Made by a program: the position numbers and the translations under genes
The notes under the pieces: model-generated
Told to the model about the DNA's origin: nothing
What the model saw: only the letters and a program-made list of their open reading frames with translations
Database searches by the model: none
Part shown: positions 30,446 to 38,013 of the stretch, piece by piece
Numbering within the stretch: position 1 is the first letter of the stretch
Layout: each line of letters opens with the position of its first letter
Assembly: GCA_045130495.1 (NCBI GenBank)
Contig: JBGUPW010000032.1
Coordinates: 2,802-66,801, forward strand
Source: Ruminococcus sp.
GTDB taxonomy: Bacteria; Bacillota; Clostridia; Oscillospirales; Acutalibacteraceae
Reading direction: 5' to 3'
DNA length: 64,000 bases

Positions 30446-30949
30446 TTATTCACGAACCGCTTTGATGATTTCATCAAAAGAGATCGGAGTATAATCGATC
30501 CGCTCAGCCGAAACGCAGAAGTGATGTCTGCCGCAGGTTAGGTACATCGGGTTTTGGTGTACATGACCGAAGATGTTCGCGTAGGGCGTGTTCTCGCTGA
30601 CGTATTGCGGGTCATGGGACAGCAGCCAAAAGCCCTGAAACAGAACGGGATAATCGTAGACCTCGCAAAAGCCCGCCTGCCTGTAATATGAATTGCTTTC
30701 CGTATCGTGATTGCCCTTGACAAAGAGAATGTTTCCGTTCAGCCTTGATAATACCGATTTTTCGCAGCCCTCCGCGCCGAAATCCCCGAGGTGCCACACG
30801 ATATCCCCGGGACGGACAACGCTGTTCCAGCGCTCTGTCATAATCTTATCCATTTCCTCCGCGTCGTTGAATGGGCGGTTTTCATACCGCCGCACCGCGT
30901 CGCTGCCAAAATGCGTGTCTGCAATAAAGAATATCCGTTGCCGGCTCAT
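30446..30949 (-). CDS. Calcineurin-like metallophosphoesterase
   Basis: ADTHFG, HLGDF, KGNHD, FGHVH. Confidence 0.9.
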   Translation of the reverse strand: MSRQRIFFIADTHFGSDAVRRYENRPFNDAEEMDKIMTERWNSVVRPGDIVWHLGDFGAEGCEKSVLSRLNGNILFVKGNHDTESNSYYRQAGFCEVYDYPVLFQGFWLLSHDPQYVSENTPYANIFGHVHQNPMYLTCGRHHFCVSAERIDYTPISFDEIIKAVRE

Positions 30950-31302
30950 AATATCAGCTCCCTGTTATTTATTTGTTTGTTGTAATTGCGCCGCCGAATT
31001 GTCTGATTCTATTCTACAGCAGGCGCCGGGTTTGTCAAGCTGATAGTGCGAGAATTGAACAAATAGCTTTGCAGATGTGTCTCCAATCATTGACACATCT
31101 ACAGCGTTTCCGTTCGCTTTTTGGCGTACATTGTTGACTTTTTACCGGGTGTGTGATAAAATGTATAAAATAAACGCGCGATTCTTATAATTATTGGAAG
31201 AACGCGGATTTTACGGTGTATACGGAGTAATAAATAGCTCCGTTTTATTATATTTTGACTTTTATTTTGACTTTTCGGAAAAGTCATTAAAGTTGTTCAA
31301 GG

Positions 31303-31785
31303 GTGAAAAAATTGTCTAAGATAAAATTGATATTCGCGGCAACGCTTCTTGCGACCGTTTTATGCTTTACGGCGTGCGGTCAAGGCGATAATACAAAGAA
31401 CGCGGAGAGTTCAAAGGATACTGCCGCGGTGTCCTCTCAAAGCAGCACTGAGCAGTCCGCTTCTCAAACACAGGGAACAGCCGCATCCTCGGTTCCGCAG
31501 GACAGCGGCGGAAGCTCTGCGACGACTCAGCCCGGCTCCCAAGCGAGCGATAAAGGCAATAAAGGAGAAAAAAGCAGCTCGCAGACAAGCGAAAAGGGCG
31601 CTTCCGAGCAGAAAAGCTCCGCAGGATCAGGTACACGGGAAAACGAAAAGCAGAAAACCGAGAGCCAAGCAAGCCAAAATGATAATACCAAAAAAACAGA
31701 ACCTGTTGCCGCACCCGAAACAACAGCGCCGCGCGGCAGCTACGAACACGGAGATAATGCTGAGGTGAGATTTGATGAACTTTAA
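31303..31785 (+). CDS. Lipoprotein with S/T/Q/E low-complexity stalk
   Basis: Lipobox FTAC, disordered body, C-terminal GDNAEVRFDEL. Confidence 0.7.
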   Translation: MKKLSKIKLIFAATLLATVLCFTACGQGDNTKNAESSKDTAAVSSQSSTEQSASQTQGTAASSVPQDSGGSSATTQPGSQASDKGNKGEKSSSQTSEKGASEQKSSAGSGTRENEKQKTESQASQNDNTKKTEPVAAPETTAPRGSYEHGDNAEVRFDEL

Positions 31786-32155
31786 GCTGTACAAAATCAA
31801 GGCGGTATTATTGTGCGCCGTCATTTTAACGATCATCGGAACCATGACAGTTTTTGCCGAAAATACGTCGGGTGATGCTTCTGCGGGAAATATGCTCGGA
31901 GACGCCGACAGCGACGGAAAGGTCACCATCAACGACGTGACCTGTATTCAAACGAGTATTGCCGAGCTGCCGTTAAGCGGCGGAATTTCGCAGCTTTCAG
32001 CTGACGTAGACGGAAACGGTGAGATCGAAATATCAGACGCAACGTTGATTCAGCAGTGGTTGGCTGAGATGGTGACACCGTATTCGATCGGCGAAGATCC
32101 GACACAGCCTCTGACAGACGAAGGAGGATGGGGAACCAAGATCTTTTCCCCTTGA
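31775..32155 (+). CDS. Small secreted dockerin-domain protein
   Basis: Signal peptide (VFA/E), dockerin loops GDADSDGKVTIND and ADVDGNGEIEISD. Overlaps the lipoprotein stop. Confidence 0.8.
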   Translation: MNFKLYKIKAVLLCAVILTIIGTMTVFAENTSGDASAGNMLGDADSDGKVTINDVTCIQTSIAELPLSGGISQLSADVDGNGEIEISDATLIQQWLAEMVTPYSIGEDPTQPLTDEGGWGTKIFSP

Positions 32156-32378
32156 CGGTTTAGGGCAACACCGCACAATTCGCGGCGCACGCCTTGCCTG
32201 CAAAATCATTCCGTCAGGCTGCCGCAAAAATCTGTCGACGCGGTTTACGCACCCGAATTATTAAAAAATTCGGAGTATTAACGCTTTCAAAAAGAACGGA
32301 ATGAATGTTCTGCCTGTATTTGATTCGGCGGCGTTTGTGATAAGCGCAAACGCCGCTGTGTGTTTTGGGGAGTGAATT

Positions 32379-34079
32379 ATGGAACCGATAGAACAACTGG
32401 AACAAATTGATCAAGAACAAATCGAAAAAATCGAACAAGAACAACAAGAACAAAATGAACGATTTGCAAAAATAAAGCAGAGCATAATAAAGCGAACCGG
32501 CGTTTTATTCGCTCTGTATGCCGCGTATAATATATTTATCATTATCAAAGACAACGCTGTGATAGGCATAGAGGGAAAGCTTATAAGTGCGCTTGTGGCT
32601 ATGCTGTTCGGTGTGCTCGCCGCTTTTGCGTGGACTGCCGAGGTGCAGAATATCGTGATTATTATGGTGCGAAAAGCGGCTTTTATCACCGCCATGCTCC
32701 TGATAATCGTGCTGAAGCTTCGCATGGTGGGCAAGGTTATAATGTATCTTGATTTTACAAAGATATACACCATTTTGTACAGCGCATCTTATTTTTTTAT
32801 GATACTTGCGATGATCCTTTTAGTTGTGTATTACGCTTTCATACTAAAAAATCTTCCGCTTCATCCGATATCATCCATGGTCCTTCCGGGTCTGGCTTTG
32901 GTGTTTTTTATTTTTTGCGTTATTTTGGATGCGATATATTTCTTTGTATTCAAGATTCCGTTAGAGGCAAATTGGCTGAGGACAGTGGTTATCCGTCCCA
33001 TATTTTATCTTGGATTTATCAGCCTGTCGCTTTACTTTCTGTTTCCCCCTATGGTCGTCAGCGAGGAGGAGGTTAACGTCGATCCGGAGGATGAGCTTGA
33101 TGATGAATCCGACGACGAGTATGACGACGAGTATGACGACGAGTACGACGAAGAATACAACGAAGAAGAATACGACGGAGAATTTGACGACGAATACAAC
33201 GACGAGTCTGACGACGATTATGACGGCGAACCTGACGACGAGTACGACGACGAGTACGACGACGAGTACGACGAAGAATACGACGACGAGTACGATGACG
33301 AGTATGACGAAGAAGAATACGACGACGAGTGTGACGAGGAATACGACGACGAGTACGACGACGAGTACGACGAAGAATATGACGAAGAATACGACGAAGA
33401 ATATGACGACGAGTACGACGACGAGTCTGACGATGATTATGACGACGAGTCTGACGAGGAATACGACGACGAGTACGACGAGGAATACGACGACGAGTAC
33501 GACGAGGAATACGACGAAGAGTATGACGAGGAATACGACGACGAGTACGATGAAGAGTATGACGACGAGTACGACGACGAGTACGACGAGGAATACGATG
33601 ACGAGTATGACGAAGATTATGACGAAGAGTACGACGATGAATATGACGACGAGTATGACGACGAGTATGACGACGAGTACGACTATGAATATGACGAAGA
33701 ATATGACGATGATTATGACGAAGAATATGACGAAGAGTATGATGACGAATACTACGAGGAATCCGACGACGAGTATGACGAAGAATACGACGACGAGTAC
33801 GACGACGAGTATGACGAGGAATACGACGACGAGTATGACGAAGAGTACGACGATGATTATGACGACGAGTACGACGACGAATACGACGAAGAATATGACG
33901 ACGAGTACGACGACGAGTACGACGATGATTATGACGACGAGTACAACGATGAATATGACGACGAGTACGACGAGGAATCCGACGACGAGTATGACGACGA
34001 GTACGACGACGAGTATGATGACGATGAATATGACGAAGAGTACGACGAAGAATATGACGACGAGTACGACGAAGAATAG
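32379..34079 (+). CDS. ~6-TM membrane protein with very long (D/E)3-Y repeat tail; frame continues past TAG to TGA 34272-34274
   Basis: Hydrophobic N-terminal ~220 aa, then DDEY/DEEY repeats. The TAG sits at a Tyr position of the repeat. Confidence 0.7.
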   Translation: MEPIEQLEQIDQEQIEKIEQEQQEQNERFAKIKQSIIKRTGVLFALYAAYNIFIIIKDNAVIGIEGKLISALVAMLFGVLAAFAWTAEVQNIVIIMVRKAAFITAMLLIIVLKLRMVGKVIMYLDFTKIYTILYSASYFFMILAMILLVVYYAFILKNLPLHPISSMVLPGLALVFFIFCVILDAIYFFVFKIPLEANWLRTVVIRPIFYLGFISLSLYFLFPPMVVSEEEVNVDPEDELDDESDDEYDDEYDDEYDEEYNEEEYDGEFDDEYNDESDDDYDGEPDDEYDDEYDDEYDEEYDDEYDDEYDEEEYDDECDEEYDDEYDDEYDEEYDEEYDEEYDDEYDDESDDDYDDESDEEYDDEYDEEYDDEYDEEYDEEYDEEYDDEYDEEYDDEYDDEYDEEYDDEYDEDYDEEYDDEYDDEYDDEYDDEYDYEYDEEYDDDYDEEYDEEYDDEYYEESDDEYDEEYDDEYDDEYDEEYDDEYDEEYDDDYDDEYDDEYDEEYDDEYDDEYDDDYDDEYNDEYDDEYDEESDDEYDDEYDDEYDDDEYDEEYDEEYDDEYDEE

Positions 34080-34260
34080 GACGAAGAGTACGATGACGAA
34101 TACGACGAAGAATCTGACGATGAATATGACGAAGAGTACGACGAGGAATACGACGAAGAATACGATGACGAGTATGACGATGAATATGACGATGAATATG
34201 ACGAGGAATACGACGAAGAATCTGACGACGAACTTGATAACGAATCCGACGAGAAGAATG
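33100..34260 (+). repeat. Degenerate 12-bp tandem repeat (GAY GAN GAR TAY), ~1.15 kb
   Basis: gacgacgagtac/gacgaagaatat units, varying mainly at third codon positions. Confidence 0.95.
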
Positions 34261-34337
34261 ACGATAAAAATTGATGTATGAAATCAGCCGGGCAGACTTG
34301 TTCGATCGGTCTGTCCGGTTGTTTTTGAGGAACCGAA

Positions 34338-34598
34338 ATGAAACTGAATGAAAATTTTATGATTCATACGATAGACGGAGAAACCGTGCTTGTGCCGACC
34401 TCGGCAGCGCCTTTTCACGGAATAGGAGAAGGAAATCAAACGGTCGGCTTCATTCTGAATTGTCTGACAAAGGACACAACGGAGGAAGAAATCACAAACG
34501 CTCTCGACGCCGAATATACCGGAAGCCGCGAAGAGATGGCGGAGGACGTCAGCTCGGTTATCGCTAAGCTCAGGGCGATTGGCGCGATAGATGAATGA
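34338..34598 (+). CDS. PqqD family (RiPP recognition element) protein
   Basis: MKLNENFMIHTIDGETVLVP...NQTVGFILNCL...EEEI...L.AEY...EDV...L..IGAI; 86 aa, typical stand-alone RRE. Confidence 0.8.
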   Translation: MKLNENFMIHTIDGETVLVPTSAAPFHGIGEGNQTVGFILNCLTKDTTEEEITNALDAEYTGSREEMAEDVSSVIAKLRAIGAIDE

Positions 34599-34649
34599 AT
34601 TTAGGCTGACGCTGCCGGGCAGCCCTTTTTGAAGAATTGATAAATAATT

Positions 34650-36581
34650 ATGAAACTATTGCAGTTGGTATCCTATGCCGAGAAAAAATATAATATCACC
34701 TTAGAACGTCTGCATAATGATACAATGGACTGTTCGGTGCTGTGCGACCCGTCCACAGGCAAGTGGGCGGCGCTTTTGATGCGCCAATGGGACAGTGAGC
34801 GCGGAACTATGACAGAGCTGTGCGACATAAAATGCGGTCGGGAAGTGTTGGCTGAGCTTGACGCTCCTTATTTAAGCGAGCCGTTCCATATGAAGGGCGA
34901 TAAATGGGTAGGCGTAAGGATTGACGGCGACTGCGACTGTGAGACAGTCTTTCGGCTGTTTGACCGCGCTTTGGAAAGCTCGAAGCGGTACGGCGCTACG
35001 ATCGTGCTGGCGAGCGAGCTGCCAAAACCTGAAAGCAAACGCTCGGTCGAAACCGCTCTGCCGGTACGCGCCGCGGTTCATGTGCCCGTGCGTAAATTAA
35101 TCCCCCGAAAAATTCAGGAGATGGCAATGCTCTATGAGTTCGGCGACTACTCTATGCGCCAAAGGAGCAAAAACTTTTACACGCAGGCGAAGTTTATGGA
35201 GAACTACGAGGACAATCATCCGTGGTACGGAGATTATCACCGCTACTTTCCGACGTATCACGACCTGCGGCTCGCGGAGCTGCGGGGATATTTTACATGG
35301 CGCACCCAATTGAGAAATGGGGATTATCAGCCGATCTCCGCGTCGCTCGCTTATATCTATGTGTATGAGCTGCTAAACGGGATCGGAGCGGATTCTCCCG
35401 AGGACAGTCTGAGAAAGCTAAAGGAATTTGAGATCGGATTTTTGGATTCCGAAATAGGCGACAGCGGTATGAGGCGCAACCTGCACCGCTGGATGGCGGA
35501 GCTTGCAATTATTAAGAACGTAAAACCTGAGCTTGCGGCGCGTTACTTTGACGAAAAGGAAGCCGCTCAGGACAAGGCTCTGACCGTTTTGGAGCAGCCC
35601 GACCGATACAGCGACGGGGAAGTGTTCGGCGCTCTGTGTGAAATGACTACCGTAAGGCTGAACAAATCACCCGTTGTCACCAAATGCGGCGGCGAGGGTA
35701 CGCGGCTGTTTGCGGAGCTGTGGCGGTATATGCTCGTAAATATGATAACGGAAAGCGGCAATTTCTTTAATATGTGCTTCGGCACGCTCAGAGAGCTGCG
35801 TTGGTATCCGCTGTGCAACGCCGTCTATTGGCATCCCGAGCCGTATGCCGACGCCGAGTATGTGTTGAATGAAAGTCACAGCTTCTTCTGTAAGGACGGC
35901 TTATGGTACGAGCGAACTTATCCGCGTGTGTATTTCAACAAGGAAATGCTGAATGACTTTTGCCACGAAGCGGACAGGCAGCTCAGAGCCTATCTGAAAA
36001 CGGGTCGGCCGTTGAAGCAGCGCGAAAGCGCGGCGTGGGCGTCAACTTATATCGGCGCATTTATCGAAGCCGACAGACAGGCAAAAGCAGAAGCGGCAAA
36101 GCCGAAAATTACTATTCGGTTTTCGCAGCTGGAACAGATAAGACGCGACGCTTCCGTTACACGCGACAGTCTGCTGACCGAGGAAGAAATGACGGAGGCG
36201 GAAGAATTGATGAAGGCGGATGAAATGGCGAAGGTGAAGGAAATGACGGATGCGGAAGGAATGACGAGGGCGGAGGAAATGACGGATACAGAGAAAATAA
36301 TAAGCGCCGCGCCCGACAACGCTCACAACGAGCTATCATCGGATCTGCTGAACGGGGTTCAGCTTGAAATAATGCGTATGCTGCTTAACGGAGAAAGCGT
36401 CCGCCCGTTTATAAAAGAAAATCACCTTATGCCGTCGGTCTTGGCTGATGAAATAAATGAAGCGCTCTTCGACGAGATCGGCGATACGGTTTTGGAATGC
36501 GACGGAGAAAATTTGAGCTTGATAGAGGATTATACGGAAGATATTAAGGAGCTGTTGGGAGGTCAGTATGGCGGAGAATAA
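34650..36581 (+). CDS. Shango-like SngA: YjbR/MmcQ domain + TerB_N + TerB_C
   Basis: N-terminal GKWAALLM...DIKCG...FHMKGDKWVGV (YjbR-like), YFPTYHDL...GYFTWRT...AYIYVYELLNGIG (TerB_N), DEINEALFDEIGDTVLE (TerB_C). Confidence 0.75.
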   Translation: MKLLQLVSYAEKKYNITLERLHNDTMDCSVLCDPSTGKWAALLMRQWDSERGTMTELCDIKCGREVLAELDAPYLSEPFHMKGDKWVGVRIDGDCDCETVFRLFDRALESSKRYGATIVLASELPKPESKRSVETALPVRAAVHVPVRKLIPRKIQEMAMLYEFGDYSMRQRSKNFYTQAKFMENYEDNHPWYGDYHRYFPTYHDLRLAELRGYFTWRTQLRNGDYQPISASLAYIYVYELLNGIGADSPEDSLRKLKEFEIGFLDSEIGDSGMRRNLHRWMAELAIIKNVKPELAARYFDEKEAAQDKALTVLEQPDRYSDGEVFGALCEMTTVRLNKSPVVTKCGGEGTRLFAELWRYMLVNMITESGNFFNMCFGTLRELRWYPLCNAVYWHPEPYADAEYVLNESHSFFCKDGLWYERTYPRVYFNKEMLNDFCHEADRQLRAYLKTGRPLKQRESAAWASTYIGAFIEADRQAKAEAAKPKITIRFSQLEQIRRDASVTRDSLLTEEEMTEAEELMKADEMAKVKEMTDAEGMTRAEEMTDTEKIISAAPDNAHNELSSDLLNGVQLEIMRMLLNGESVRPFIKENHLMPSVLADEINEALFDEIGDTVLECDGENLSLIEDYTEDIKELLGGQYGGE

Positions 36582-37896
36582 GAGAGTACCTAAAAGAATA
36601 GCGCAGACGGTCATCAATTCGCTGAAGGGCGGAGTGGTTCCGCGCATCGGCTTGCCGTACATCACGGTCGGCAGAAAGGCGGAGATCGAAGCGCTGCTGC
36701 ATGATGTGGATATAATTTCGGAGGGCGGCGCGTCCTTTCGCTTTATCGTCGGACGTTACGGCTCGGGCAAAAGCTTTTTGATACAGACAATTCGCAACTA
36801 TGTGATGGACAGGGGCTTTATCGTCGCCGACGCCGATCTGTCTCCCGAACGCCGTTTGCAGGGCACAAGGGGTCAGGGTCTCGCGACATACCGCGAGCTT
36901 ATCGGCAATCTGTCCACAAAAACAAAGCCCGAGGGCGGCGCACTCACGCTGATTTTAGACAGGTGGATAAGCGCCGTGCAGAATGAAGCCGTACAGGAGA
37001 GCGGACTGCTGCCCGGCGACGCGGCTTTGGCTGAGCTGACGGATAAAAAAATATACGCCGTTACCGCTTCGATCAGCGAATTGGTTCACGGCTTTGAGTT
37101 TGCCCGTCTGCTCTCCGCGTATTACCGCGCCTATACGGAAGGCGATGACGGAACAAAGGCGAAGGTTGTCCGCTGGTTCAGAGGCGAATACACGATAAAG
37201 CGCGAGGCTAAAGAGGAGTTAGGCGTCAATATCATCATAACGGACGACGACTGGTACGACTATTTGAAGCTGTTCGCGGTGTTCTTCCGCTTGGCGGGCT
37301 ACAAGGGTATGATGATTATGATCGATGAGCTTGTCAATATCTACAAGATACCCAACTCAATTACACGTCAGTACAACTACGAAAAAATGCTTACGATGTA
37401 CAACGACACCTTACAGGGCAAGGCTAAATATCTCGGCATTATCATGGGAGCCACTCCGCAGGCTGTTGAAGACAAGCGGCGCGGCGTTTACAGCTATGAG
37501 GCGCTTCGTTCCCGTTTGGCTGAGGGTAAGTTTTCACGTCCCGGGACGCGCGACCTGCTCGCTCCCGTAATAAGATTAGAGCCGCTGACCGCCGAGGAAA
37601 TGCTTATACTGTGCGAAAAGCTCAGCGATATGCACGCCTCTCTCTACGGCTACGGGCGCACGCTGACTACAGAGGATTTAGCGGTGTTCATCAAAATCGA
37701 ATTTGAGCGAGTGGGCGCCGATTTGAATATCACTCCGCGCGAGGTGATCCGCGACTTTATCGAGCTGCTTGATCTGCTGTATCAGCACCCCGATATGAGC
37801 GTTTCCGCACTGCTTGACTCGGACGAATTCGCCTACACCAAGAGCGGCGCGGTGTCAGATAACTCGGACGGAAACTATGCTGAATTTACCATATAG
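36568..37896 (+). CDS. Shango-like SngB: BrxD/DUF2791-type P-loop ATPase
   Basis: SLKGGVVPRIGL, Walker A GRYGSGKS, LSPERRL, Walker B IDE, TPREVIRDF. Confidence 0.85.
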   Translation: MAENKRVPKRIAQTVINSLKGGVVPRIGLPYITVGRKAEIEALLHDVDIISEGGASFRFIVGRYGSGKSFLIQTIRNYVMDRGFIVADADLSPERRLQGTRGQGLATYRELIGNLSTKTKPEGGALTLILDRWISAVQNEAVQESGLLPGDAALAELTDKKIYAVTASISELVHGFEFARLLSAYYRAYTEGDDGTKAKVVRWFRGEYTIKREAKEELGVNIIITDDDWYDYLKLFAVFFRLAGYKGMMIMIDELVNIYKIPNSITRQYNYEKMLTMYNDTLQGKAKYLGIIMGATPQAVEDKRRGVYSYEALRSRLAEGKFSRPGTRDLLAPVIRLEPLTAEEMLILCEKLSDMHASLYGYGRTLTTEDLAVFIKIEFERVGADLNITPREVIRDFIELLDLLYQHPDMSVSALLDSDEFAYTKSGAVSDNSDGNYAEFTI

Positions 37897-37897
37897 A

Positions 37898-37999
37898 GGG
37901 AACCTCTGATAATTCTCTGCCGCGCATAAGCACGAAGCCGCGCATAAGCACGAAATCTTCACGGCATTTCTGCACGACATTGAATTTTCAGAGGCTCCC
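37898..37999. mobile_element. 102-bp MITE-like insertion between ATPase and helicase genes
   Basis: gggaacctctgataattc / gaattttcagaggctccc (16 of 18 match) with an internal direct repeat gccgcgcataagcacgaa x2. Confidence 0.6.
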
Positions 38000-38013
38000 C
38001 GGAGAGAAAAGAC

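Noticed and set aside
32160-32230. c-di-GMP-I riboswitch resemblance (gggcaacacc...caggctgccgc)
   Set aside because: Lacks the GAAA tetraloop and GCAAA junction. An Infernal search would be needed to support it.
33100-34260. Possible CRISPR array
   Set aside because: Contiguous 12-bp coding repeat with no unique spacers and no cas genes.
33010-34281. 423-aa Thr-rich mucin-like ORF
   Set aside because: It is the +1 frame of the DDEY repeat and is open by construction. It has no RBS, and unit variation is synonymous in the D/E/Y frame.
36568-37896. BREX system
   Set aside because: The BrxD-like ATPase has no pglX/pglZ/brxC partners, and the TerB and helicase context fits Shango.
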